A stretch of 64,000 nt of DNA from Deltaproteobacteria bacterium (lineage in GTDB: Bacteria; SAR324; XYD2-FULL-50-16): contig JAOUME010000001.1 of assembly GCA_029881655.1 (NCBI GenBank), positions 2,351 to 66,350 of the forward strand, read 5' to 3'. How positions within the stretch are numbered: the first letter of the stretch is position 1; each line of letters begins with the position of its first letter. The notes beneath the pieces were generated by a model. That model worked only from the letters and a program-made list of their open reading frames with translations. It had not been told where the DNA came from and did no database searches. Positions 1-8,890 of this stretch are shown one piece after another. Position numbers and translations under genes: made by a program.

Positions 1-1550
1 CTTTCAGAGAGGGGTTTCTAAGAAACAGCACTTGGCCCTTTAAGACGGGGTCAGGAGCTGAAGTTCACAATCCTCCCGGGGAATGGGCTTTAAAAAATTG
101 TCTGGATTCCTGGCTACCCATTTTGAGAGCTTGCATAACACTTAAAAATCAGGGGATCGACTACCAACTCAGTCTGGATATTTCTCCCCCGGTAGCCTAT
201 TTAATCTCTAGTCCGCGATTTAAAGATTATATGTCCCGATTTTTGTTACGGATGATAGCGAGAATCAAAAGTCAGTTGGCGCTAATGAAATCGAGACTTG
301 ATTCTCCCGATTTGATATGGGCGGGGCAAAGGTATTTAGAAGATTTAGAAGCGATTGATCGGTTTTATAATCATGATTTACAAAAAAACATGATCGGAGC
401 TTTTAGGGAATTGGAACTTCAGGGATTTTTAGAGATATCCACCTGTACCGCGACTCATGGGATGCCGGCGGTGCTTGAAAGCACTCCAGACTCTCTCAAA
501 ACTCAAGTAGCACTGGCCTGCCGGAGTCATCACCGTATTTTCGGCGACAGGCCTCGAGGTATCTGGCCGGCGGAAAATTCGTTTTTCCCTGGGATGGAAC
601 ATTTCCTGGATCAGGAATCGCTTTATTACTTCTTTACTGAAGCGGAAGCGGTTCTGTGGGGGTCCCATCAGTTAGCTCAAGAGGAATTCAATCCACTTTT
701 GTTGCCAGATGGGGGAATCGTGGCTTTTGGCAGGAGCCGGATGGGTCGCCTTCAGGTCTGGGACGCTGATCACGGTTACGCCGGGCATCCTGATTTTAGG
801 GAATACCATCACCGTCATCTGGGATTGCCCCTTAAAAAAATCACCTCAAAACTGACAGAAGACAAAGCGCCTTATAACCCTGATCATGCCGAGCATACCG
901 CTAAAAGCTTCGCGCATGATTTCCATAACAAGCTATCTCAAAAAGCTAATGAGCTAAGAGACTTTGAATTTCCGAACATTCCATTGATTACCTGCACATA
1001 TGACGCTGAGCTTTTTGGGCATCACTGGTCTGAAGGCGTTATATTCCTAGAGGAGCTCTTAAGGGCATTTTATCATAAAAGCGATTTTATTGGATTGACC
1101 ACGCCTTCTCATTATCTAGTCGGCAAACCCGTTTTGCCGACCTTGACGCCAAACCCTTCGACCTGGGGACATGAGGCGGTTCATATCCGCTGGACAGACG
1201 CGAAAGTCATCTGGACCCAAAGACAACTCGACCGAGCCGATGAACTGTTAAGGAAATATCTTGAAAAGGCAGTTATTGGAGTGCTGAATGAAACACAAAA
1301 GAGAATGGTGGAGCAGATGGGCGCCGAATTGGTTCGAGCCCAAAGTTCGGACTTAACTTTCGTAATCATGGCGGGTGATTTCGAAGAAGACATGGTAAGA
1401 GAGATTCAAAAATACCTGGATTACTTTTACCGTCTTAAATATCTGGTTGATAATCGGATCGAGGATGAAGACTTTCTCGAGTTTCGTCTTTTGGAAAACG
1501 ATATGTTCCCTGAAATTCCTGAATATTATCAGATTAGATCATCATTTTAA
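1..1550 (+). CDS. GH57 family glycoside hydrolase (1,4-alpha-glucan branching enzyme-like), 5' partial. The reading frame is open to the window edge.
   Basis: Frame 3 is open from nt 3. The GH57 region III-like motif GIWPAENSFFPGMEH (WxxE nucleophile context) and the region IV-like motif YDAELFGHHWSEG are present, followed by a C-terminal helical DUF1957-like tail. Confidence 0.6.
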   Translation, partial: FREGFLRNSTWPFKTGSGAEVHNPPGEWALKNCLDSWLPILRACITLKNQGIDYQLSLDISPPVAYLISSPRFKDYMSRFLLRMIARIKSQLALMKSRLDSPDLIWAGQRYLEDLEAIDRFYNHDLQKNMIGAFRELELQGFLEISTCTATHGMPAVLESTPDSLKTQVALACRSHHRIFGDRPRGIWPAENSFFPGMEHFLDQESLYYFFTEAEAVLWGSHQLAQEEFNPLLLPDGGIVAFGRSRMGRLQVWDADHGYAGHPDFREYHHRHLGLPLKKITSKLTEDKAPYNPDHAEHTAKSFAHDFHNKLSQKANELRDFEFPNIPLITCTYDAELFGHHWSEGVIFLEELLRAFYHKSDFIGLTTPSHYLVGKPVLPTLTPNPSTWGHEAVHIRWTDAKVIWTQRQLDRADELLRKYLEKAVIGVLNETQKRMVEQMGAELVRAQSSDLTFVIMAGDFEEDMVREIQKYLDYFYRLKYLVDNRIEDEDFLEFRLLENDMFPEIPEYYQIRSSF

Positions 1551-1576
1551 CTTTATTAGCTTGATTGACATATTAA

Positions 1577-1598
1577 ATTATAATATTTAGATATTATA
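1577..1598. promoter_or_regulatory. AT-rich 9-4-9 perfect inverted repeat (TTATAATAT-TTAG-ATATTATAA) in the ferritin promoter region. Candidate Fur/PerR-family operator.
   Basis: The arms at 1577-1585 and 1590-1598 are exact reverse complements. The site lies 34-55 nt upstream of the ferritin ATG, next to a TTGACA at 1564-1569. The half-site TTATAAT equals the PerR/Fur-type half-site. Confidence 0.35.
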
Positions 1599-1631
1599 AA
1601 TCACCTGATTATTGAGTGTACAAGAGGAGTT

Positions 1632-2138
1632 ATGCTGACCAAAAAAATCGAAGACGCTTTAAACCACCATTTAACCGAAGAGTTTGAATCGGCATATCTT
1701 TATCTTTCGGTGGCATCTTATTTCAGTTCGATTGAATTGCCAGGCTTCGCGCATTGGATGAAGATTCAGTATGAAGAAGAGATGTACCATACGATGAAGT
1801 TCTATGATTTTTTGGAACTTAGGGACGGCAGGGTTAGATTGGCGGGGTTAAAGGCTCCCAAAGTCGACTGGGCATCGCCAATTGAAGCTTTTTCCCAGGT
1901 TTTCGCGCATGAACAGTTGATATCATCCAAGATACATGAACTGGTGGATCTTTCTCTCAAGGAAAAGGATCACGCTACCAATAATTTTTTGCAATGGTTC
2001 GTTTCCGAACAGGTGGAGGAAGAGGCCACGACAAAAGGCATCCTAAGCAGACTGAAGATGATAGGGGATTCGACCTCAAGTCTATTAATGTTAGATCAGG
2101 AATTATCCAAACGGGTTTTTGTGCCTCCTGAGAAATAG
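1632..2138 (+). CDS. Ferritin (non-heme, bacterial Ftn type).
   Basis: 168 aa with ferritin-like di-iron motifs (EEFESAYLYLSVASYF, YEEEMYHTMKFYDFL, FAHEQ, QWFVSEQVEEE). An SD sequence (aggag) precedes the ATG. Confidence 0.8.
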   Translation: MLTKKIEDALNHHLTEEFESAYLYLSVASYFSSIELPGFAHWMKIQYEEEMYHTMKFYDFLELRDGRVRLAGLKAPKVDWASPIEAFSQVFAHEQLISSKIHELVDLSLKEKDHATNNFLQWFVSEQVEEEATTKGILSRLKMIGDSTSSLLMLDQELSKRVFVPPEK

Positions 2139-2191
2139 ATTTATTTGGATTTTGTCTTGGAATTTATCATCAACAAATATAAACGAGAAAT

Positions 2192-2536
2192 ATGAAGGAT
2201 AATTCGGAAGCCAATGATCAATTGATCAGTCAATTAACGAGCTTATTTGATGATCAGGAAGAAAATATTGAAAAGGCGGTACGATGCCTTAAGGTGATTG
2301 CCCATCCGGCCAGACTGAAGATTATTTGCGTGCTGGAGACAGGCGAACATTCAGTTCAGCAGCTAGAACAGTATGTGGGTATAGCTCAGGCCACATTATC
2401 TCAACATCTCTCACTTTTAAAGGATCGAGGGATTTTGTCTTCGAGGCGAGACGGGAATTTTTCTCTTTACCGGGTCGCCAACAATGACATGATCAAACTG
2501 TTTGAGTTGATTAAGAAGATTTTTTGTACCTTGTGA
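2192..2536 (+). CDS. ArsR/SmtB-family HTH transcriptional regulator.
   Basis: 114 aa. The winged-HTH core matches ArsR family (HPARLKIICVLETGEHSVQQLEQYVGIAQATLSQHLSLLKDRGIL). It is encoded immediately downstream of ferritin. Confidence 0.65.
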   Translation: MKDNSEANDQLISQLTSLFDDQEENIEKAVRCLKVIAHPARLKIICVLETGEHSVQQLEQYVGIAQATLSQHLSLLKDRGILSSRRDGNFSLYRVANNDMIKLFELIKKIFCTL

Positions 2537-2538
2537 TT

Positions 2539-2754
2539 TTATTTTTTGATGATAACATCGGTTGTGAGTTTGTAGATCAAAAACAAAATCGGCCAGATAT
2601 GAAAAATAAGATCGAAAATATCGATTGGTCGAGAAAGATTCCCCTGAAATAACATCCGTAATTTTTCTACCAGATGCGGTTCCGGGAAAAAAGGAGCCAA
2701 CCCAAACGCAATCGTAGCAATAATCAGAAATTTGTAAGATAAAAAGAGTTCCAA
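2539..2754 (-). CDS. Small hydrophobic hypothetical protein (71 aa).
   Basis: ORF with two predicted TM-like segments. No recognisable family. Confidence 0.25.
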   Translation of the reverse strand: MELFLSYKFLIIATIAFGLAPFFPEPHLVEKLRMLFQGNLSRPIDIFDLIFHIWPILFLIYKLTTDVIIKK

Positions 2755-2980
2755 ATTTACCTTTTTATTTAATCGGGTAAAAGCATTCTTTGAATAAGTT
2801 TATTCTCACCCAAACCAGCTTTCAGAGGCAATAAATTTCCTGTCTTTGTTCAATCCAGAATACAAAAATCAAATATATTATTCAATCTAAATATTTTTAT
2901 AATATAATATACTTAAGTGGCGATATAATTTAAAACTGTTGCGTTTTTCAAAAACGATTAAAGACCTTTGCATGGGAGAA

Positions 2981-3019
2981 AACAGAGATGGTTGTTTTAA
3001 ATGATATTATCTGATTAAA
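2981..3019. repeat. Perfect 11-bp inverted repeat (ggttgttttaa / ttaaaacaacc) with a 17-nt spacer, in a 675-bp AT-rich intergenic region.
   Basis: Direct reading of the sequence. There is no flanking U-run, so it is not a canonical terminator. Confidence 0.5.
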
Positions 3020-3445
3020 ACAACCCAAAGGAAATGCCTCATGGAGCGAAAAGTCGAGACTCAAAGTACGATCGCTGATTATTAAACCGTAGAAAACCAA
3101 TAAAATAGGCTTTTTGGAAAAGTGGATCGGTTGAAATGAGGGATTAGTCCTTAAAGTAGAAGTTAACCCAAGGTTATGGAATGAAAACTGGGCTAACTTA
3201 TTCAAAAAAGAACGGTTGAAAGTGAAAAATAGTAGAGTACAACCTCGTTCAGAAATCTTAAAATATCTTTTGTTTAAGCTGACCCAGTCGAATAACTTGA
3301 TTTATTTTTAATATAAGGTTACATGAAAAGTTAAATAAAAGCATCCTTGTCGCTCGCAAACACATTAACTTTAAAATTGACAATTTAAAAGACCAGACCT
3401 GACTCAATTCTTGAAATCATTTTAAATTAATTGGAAATCATCGCC

Positions 3446-4618
3446 ATGTATATTATAGCCACTTACAATCAAATTGCCTCAAAAGGCCTTGACTGTTTTG
3501 CCAGAGAACGTTTTGAAGTCGGCAGCGGACTTACCTCACCAGATGGCATTTTAGTGCGCAGTTACAAAATCCTGCCTGAAAATCTCGATCCTAATCTCAA
3601 GGCTCTCGCCAGGGCCGGAGCGGGTGTAGATAAGATCTGCGTGGATGACTGCACTAATAGAGGCATCGTGGTTTTCAACACTCCTGGCGCCAATGCCAAC
3701 TCGGTCAAGGAACTGACCATGCTGGGACTTTTACTCTCGACCAGAGGCGTAATCAAAGGGGCGAGGTTTTTGGAGGAACTCAAAGCAACGACCCAGGACC
3801 CAACTGAAATATCCAAAACCGTCGAGCAGGAAAAAAAACGCTTCGCAGGAAATGAAATCAAAGGTAAAACCTTGGGTATCGTCGGCCTGGGGGCTATCGG
3901 CTCTTTGGTGGCAGACATGGCACTGAGCATGGGCATGAGCGTGCTGGGGTATGACCCTGGGCTTTCGGTCGAATCAGCCTGGCGGCTTTCAAATCAGATC
4001 CAAAAAATGGACAACCTGCCTAGCCTTCTCGGAAAAGCGGACTTTGTGACCCTGCATCTACCTATGCTGGAGGCGACCAAGGATTTGATCAACAAAGACA
4101 GCATCCAGTTTTTCAAGAAAGGGGCCGTCCTCCTGAATTTCTCAAGGGAAGGCATCGTTGACAACGAGGCAGTTTTAAAAGCCTTGAAAGCGGGTATCTT
4201 AAGCCGATTCATCTCTGATTTCCCCACACCCAACCTAATGGGAAGAGAAGATACCATTTTCATGCCCCATATCGGCGCGAGTACCCAGGAAGCTGAAGAG
4301 AACTGCGCAATCATGGCTTCAAAACAGCTGATCGATTTTTTGGAAAACGGCAACATAGTCAATTCGGTCAATTTTCCCCAGCTTTATCTGGAACGGCTTA
4401 GCCAACACCGGATCGTTTTTGCCAATAAAAACATCCCCAATATGCTGGGTCAGGTCTTGCCGATTTTGGCAGAAAGCAACCTTAATGTCCTGGATATGCT
4501 CAATAAAAGCAGGGGAGAAATCGCCTACAGCGTCATTGATGTTGAAAGCTCTATTCCCAAAGAGACCATCGATAAAATTAAAGGTATTGAAGGGATTTTG
4601 TCGGCAAGAGCACTTTAG
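3446..4618 (+). CDS. serA: D-3-phosphoglycerate dehydrogenase with a C-terminal ACT domain.
   Basis: Rossmann NAD motif GKTLGIVGLGAIGSLVA and a 2-hydroxyacid dehydrogenase catalytic region, with an ACT-like C-terminus. The adjacent serC supports the call. The start was chosen at ATG 3446 (MYIIATYNQ); the ORF track begins at a TTG at 3431. Confidence 0.8.
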   Translation: MYIIATYNQIASKGLDCFARERFEVGSGLTSPDGILVRSYKILPENLDPNLKALARAGAGVDKICVDDCTNRGIVVFNTPGANANSVKELTMLGLLLSTRGVIKGARFLEELKATTQDPTEISKTVEQEKKRFAGNEIKGKTLGIVGLGAIGSLVADMALSMGMSVLGYDPGLSVESAWRLSNQIQKMDNLPSLLGKADFVTLHLPMLEATKDLINKDSIQFFKKGAVLLNFSREGIVDNEAVLKALKAGILSRFISDFPTPNLMGREDTIFMPHIGASTQEAEENCAIMASKQLIDFLENGNIVNSVNFPQLYLERLSQHRIVFANKNIPNMLGQVLPILAESNLNVLDMLNKSRGEIAYSVIDVESSIPKETIDKIKGIEGILSARAL

Positions 4619-4681
4619 TTTCTCAACATAATATTGTTTTATTGATTACTTTTTTTACAACATTTCCAAGGAGTGATTTAA

Positions 4682-5773
4682 ATGTCAAAGAAGGTTTATA
4701 ATTTCGGAGCCGGCCCAGCTATGCTACCTATTCCTGTGATGGAACAGATTCAAAGAGAATATCTCGATTATAACAATATGGGAGTATCAGTCGTTGAAAT
4801 CAGTCACCGTTCGAAAGAGTTCGACAAACTGCTCGGTGAAACCGACGAGCTTTTCAGGGAGTTGGTCGCGTTACCTAAAAACTATAAAATTCTTTATATG
4901 CACGGCGGTGCTCAAATGCAGTTTTCAGCTGTTCCCATGAATATTTTGGGGCTCAAACCCGCCAAGAAGGCAATTTATATTGAATCGGGCAACTTCGCCA
5001 AGGTCGCCCACCAGGAAGCTTCACGCTATGGAGAAATCGAGATTTTAGCCTCCAGCAAGGAAACCAATTTCGACCGCATCCCCGATTTTGATCCATCAGA
5101 CATTAATCCCGAGGCATCTTATTTTTACATCACCAGCAACAACACCGTTATGGGTACCCGCTGGAATAAAATACCCCAGACCGGAGAGGTGCCTTTAGTC
5201 GCTGATGCCACTTCCGAGATCCTATCCAGAAAACTGGATTTTTCCCAGTTCGGCCTTATTTTCGCGGGAACCCAGAAAAATCTTGGCCCCTCCGGTCTAG
5301 CCATGACCATCATCAGGGAAGACCTGCTCGGAAAAGCCATGTCTGAGACACCGAAACTTTTAAACTACCAGCAATGCGAAAAGGATCATTCCCTGACCAA
5401 CACGCCCAATACCTTCGCGATTTATGTCATCAGACTCGTTTTGGAATGGCTTAAAGGAAAAGGCGGTGTCGAGGCGATCGAGAAAATAAACATCCAAAAA
5501 TCAAATATCCTCTACGATCTGATCGATAAAACCAGTTTTTATCTGGGTCATTCACAACCGGAGCATCGCTCGACCATGAACGTTACATTCAATTTGGCCA
5601 ACGGCGATCTTTTGGAGACTTTTTTAAAGGAAGCCTTGGCTGAAGGATTTTATGCCTTGAAAGGCCATCGGGCAGTCGGTGGAGCTAGAGCATCGATCTA
5701 TAATGCGATGCCAATCGAAGGGGTTCAGGCACTAGCTGATTTTATGAAACACTTCGAGCAAAAAAACGGTTAG
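4682..5773 (+). CDS. serC: Phosphoserine aminotransferase.
   Basis: The N-terminus MSKKVYNFGAGPAMLP is a SerC hallmark. The PLP-fold length is 363 aa. A strong SD (aaggag) lies upstream. Confidence 0.85.
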   Translation: MSKKVYNFGAGPAMLPIPVMEQIQREYLDYNNMGVSVVEISHRSKEFDKLLGETDELFRELVALPKNYKILYMHGGAQMQFSAVPMNILGLKPAKKAIYIESGNFAKVAHQEASRYGEIEILASSKETNFDRIPDFDPSDINPEASYFYITSNNTVMGTRWNKIPQTGEVPLVADATSEILSRKLDFSQFGLIFAGTQKNLGPSGLAMTIIREDLLGKAMSETPKLLNYQQCEKDHSLTNTPNTFAIYVIRLVLEWLKGKGGVEAIEKINIQKSNILYDLIDKTSFYLGHSQPEHRSTMNVTFNLANGDLLETFLKEALAEGFYALKGHRAVGGARASIYNAMPIEGVQALADFMKHFEQKNG

Positions 5774-5850
5774 CTTTTCTAAATACCCAGGCAGTCCGGT
5801 TTGAAGACTTCCATGTGGTTTTATTAAAAACCACTTCCTCCCCTAAGACC

Positions 5851-6663
5851 ATGACAAAAGACAGTATTGCGATTATCGGTTGCGGCAATATGGGATCGGC
5901 CATTGCGAAAGCCCTGCTGGAAAACAGGATCGTTCAGCCAGAGAACCTCGTTTTGATCGAAAAAAACCCGAATCAAGCCATAAAAGCTCTCACAGAAGCG
6001 AAGTCTCGACATTATCATGAAATTGAAGAGTATCAGGGGATATACAAGAAAGTGATTCTTGCGATCAAGCCACAAGACGCCGAAACGACCCTGAAACGAT
6101 TGGCCAAAAAAACCGATCATGACAGTCTCGTGATTTCAGTCATGGCGGGAATCACCCTGAAGAAGATGGTAGCTTATCTAGGCGATATTGAGATCATCCG
6201 TTGCATGCCTAACACACCCTGCCAAGTTCGCCAAGGGATGAGTGCCTACTTTGGCTCAAATAAAGTCCGGCAAGTTAGCTTCGATTTCGTGCGGGCCATA
6301 CTTGAAGGCATGGGAAAAGCGATTCGCCTTAAAAAAGAAGGACTGATCGATGCGGTTACCGCCATTTCTGGAAGCGGTCCGGCGTATGTTTTTTATCTGG
6401 CCGAAGCACTATTCGAAGGCGCGATTGAGTTGGGTCTCGATGAAAATCAAGCTCTTATCTTATCCAAACAAACCTTGCTTGGCGCGGCAACGCTTTTGGA
6501 TCAATCTGACATCCCCGCTGGTGAGCTTAGGAAAAAAGTCACCTCTCCCGGAGGGACAACCGAAGCGGCTTTGAATCATTTTAAGGATAAAAACTTGAAA
6601 GGAAACTTGATCGAAGGTTTCAAAAAAGCCTGCCGTCGCTCCTTTGAACTGGGTGATAAATAG
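5851..6663 (+). CDS. proC: Pyrroline-5-carboxylate reductase.
   Basis: IAIIGCGNMGSAIAKALL NADP-binding motif and the C-terminal signature SPGGTTEAAL. The start is uncertain; the ORF is open from 5815. Confidence 0.8.
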   Translation: MTKDSIAIIGCGNMGSAIAKALLENRIVQPENLVLIEKNPNQAIKALTEAKSRHYHEIEEYQGIYKKVILAIKPQDAETTLKRLAKKTDHDSLVISVMAGITLKKMVAYLGDIEIIRCMPNTPCQVRQGMSAYFGSNKVRQVSFDFVRAILEGMGKAIRLKKEGLIDAVTAISGSGPAYVFYLAEALFEGAIELGLDENQALILSKQTLLGAATLLDQSDIPAGELRKKVTSPGGTTEAALNHFKDKNLKGNLIEGFKKACRRSFELGDK

Positions 6664-6681
6664 CCTGCTTTATTTAGCCCC

Positions 6682-7629
6682 TTAGGATTTATATTTATCG
6701 AGCCGGGCGCAAAGAGAAACAACGCCCATGGCATTGACCTCAATGTCGAAGGAAAGCACTTCCTTCGTGATAAAATCCTCTGGCACTCCCTGACTATAAA
6801 GCCAGCCAAAGATTCTTTCTTCCAAAAACAACGTTGTTTTTTCAAGCGAGCGGTGCTGTCGATAAAAAGAGAGCGCCTCAACCCCGAAAAGATCAACCCA
6901 GTCCAAGGTATGCCGTAAAAGGATCATGGCCTGATCGGTCATACCGAAATGGGTATAAAAGATTTTGAGCGGCTCGAGAGCCATTATTTTTTCTAAGGTG
7001 GACTTCATTGCCTCAGGGTCGAATTGGGTAGGCGTGGTCGCTGGTAAACATAAAGCCACTCCATATTGTTTAAATAGAGCCGCGTAAAACATCCCGCCCG
7101 CGTCGCCTGAAAAAACACCTCGGCTTTTTTGGTCATAAACCACAAAATGATGCAGAGCATGACCGGGGCTATCGAAAAACGTTAATTTTCTATTTGGTCC
7201 GATTTGGAGTTCTTCACCTTCGCCTTTAACAATAATCCGTTCTTTTTTGATCGGTAAAATCGGATCAAAATAAGACTTAAAAGCCTCCCTGTAAACCGTT
7301 TCCGCGCTTGAAATCAGTTTTGCGGGATCGCATAAATGGGCTATTGCTCTTCTATGACAAACCAGGACCGCATTTTCGCATTGACTTATTAAAAGCCCCG
7401 CTCCACCTGAGTGATCAAGGTGAATATGAGTCACAATCACAAAGTCCAGTTCACTTGGCTTAACACCCAATTCATCAAAAGCCTCTAATATCATCCCATT
7501 TGAAGGCGAAGCCCCGGTCTCGATAAAGATTTTTTTTTCAGCCAGTATTAAATAACCTGATGTCGCGAACTTCATTTTTTCATTTATCAGCTCAACACAA
7601 TAAACCGCGTCGCCCAGTTCCTCGATCAT
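6682..7629 (-). CDS. MBL-fold metallo-hydrolase.
   Basis: HIHLDHSGGAG metallo-beta-lactamase motif, 315 aa. Confidence 0.65.
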   Translation of the reverse strand: MIEELGDAVYCVELINEKMKFATSGYLILAEKKIFIETGASPSNGMILEAFDELGVKPSELDFVIVTHIHLDHSGGAGLLISQCENAVLVCHRRAIAHLCDPAKLISSAETVYREAFKSYFDPILPIKKERIIVKGEGEELQIGPNRKLTFFDSPGHALHHFVVYDQKSRGVFSGDAGGMFYAALFKQYGVALCLPATTPTQFDPEAMKSTLEKIMALEPLKIFYTHFGMTDQAMILLRHTLDWVDLFGVEALSFYRQHRSLEKTTLFLEERIFGWLYSQGVPEDFITKEVLSFDIEVNAMGVVSLCARLDKYKS

Positions 7630-7727
7630 CCTGATTGCCAGTTGATTAATATTTCAAAAGCCCTTAATCTTTGCGTAACCGCATAAACGACGGTTATTTC
7701 ATTAATCTTCTGTAACAAAAAAGAAGT

Positions 7728-8783
7728 ATGTTGCCTAGTTTTTTCAAGAAAAAGACCCTGACGGGACTTTCCAGAACCTGCGGCTGAGCGGCAAAGATCA
7801 ATCCGACAGGTCTGTCGGAAGTCTTAAAAGTGCTAACAGCTTCGAATGATCCGAATCTGCTGATCGGCTTTGAAAACGCCGATGATGCCGCGGTCTACCG
7901 TTTAACCGATGAGATCGCCATGATTCATACTATTGACTTCATCACGCCGCCAGTGGATGATCCCTACTGGTTTGGTCAGATCGCCGCGGCCAATTCCATC
8001 TCGGATATCTATTCGATGGGTGGGATACCTCTGACCGCCTTGAACGTGGTGATGTTTCCCTCAAAGATCCTGGATATGGGTGTCCTTAAAGAAATCTTAA
8101 GAGGAGGCAACGACAAAGTGATTGAAGCGGGAGCGAGCCTTGTCGGGGGTCATTCCGTGGATGACGAGGAACCGAAATTCGGGCTTTGCGTCAATGGCAA
8201 GGTGCATCCTGAAAAAATATTAACCAACAAGGGAGCACAACCGGGCGATGCCTTAATCCTAACCAAACCGCTCGGAACCGGCGTTCTTTTCAATGCGGTC
8301 CGATCAAATAAATTCGATTTTAAGAACCTGGAATCTCTAATTCTTCCGAGTGTCGCGGCCTTGAACAAAAATGCGATTGAAGCTGCCCTCGACTATCCGA
8401 TCAACGCCTGCACGGACATCACGGGATTTGGAATCATTGGTCATTGCCTGGAAGTCGCCAAAGCTAGCGCTGTTGAGATCCGGCTTTCTTTTAATAGCCT
8501 TCCGATCTATCCCGGGGCACTCGAAATGTACCAAAAAGGCGAAACGACCGGTAGCAACAAGGGGAATAAAAAACTCAGCCAGGATTTTCTACGAATCCAG
8601 CGTAAAATTAAATCGCCTCAAAAAGAGATCCTCTTTGACCCCCAGACCTCGGGCGGTCTCCTTTTTTCCCTACCTGAATTAACAGCCCAAAAGCTACTTG
8701 AGTCCCTTCATCTAAAAGGGATTCATGATGCCCGTATCATCGGAAAAATCACTCAGGGATTACCCCAAATCATCATCGAGTAA
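7728..8783 (+). CDS. selD: Selenide, water dikinase (selenophosphate synthetase) containing selenocysteine. The in-frame TGA at 7785-7787 (codon 20) is read as Sec.
   Basis: Translation from ATG 7728 gives MLPSFFKKKTLTGLSRTCG-U-AAKINPTGLSEVLKVLTASNDPNLLIG. This aligns with E. coli SelD [23 protein letters not shown], with U at the position of catalytic Cys17. Downstream is typical SelD/PurM-like (DAAVY, AAANSISDIYSMGG). An SD-like aagaag precedes the ATG. Confidence 0.85.
7803..7818 (+). other. Bacterial SECIS-like hairpin (CCGACA-GGUC-UGUCGG) 16 nt downstream of the selD UGA.
   Basis: A 6-bp stem with a GGUC apical loop, identical to the E. coli fdhF SECIS apical loop. The loop begins at +25 from the UGA, against +22 in fdhF. 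Confidence 0.6.
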
Positions 8784-8890
8784 GGCATTAAGACTGAAGA
8801 TTTTAAAACTTGTGCAGGGCTATCTACCATGATATATTTAAGCTATCATCACCGATAGGTCAGAATTGAATTTCACAGGTAAAATCTCCC

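Noticed and set aside
3562-4371. Two minus-strand ORFs of about 125 codons inside serA.
   Set aside because: They are shadow ORFs opposite a strongly supported gene. The Ala/Pro/Ser-rich composition is typical of antisense GC-skewed frames.
5774-5850. A hairpin gtggtttt-atta-aaaaccac after serC as a terminator.
   Set aside because: An 8-bp AT-rich stem without a following U-tract. More likely it is incidental or part of the proC 5' region.
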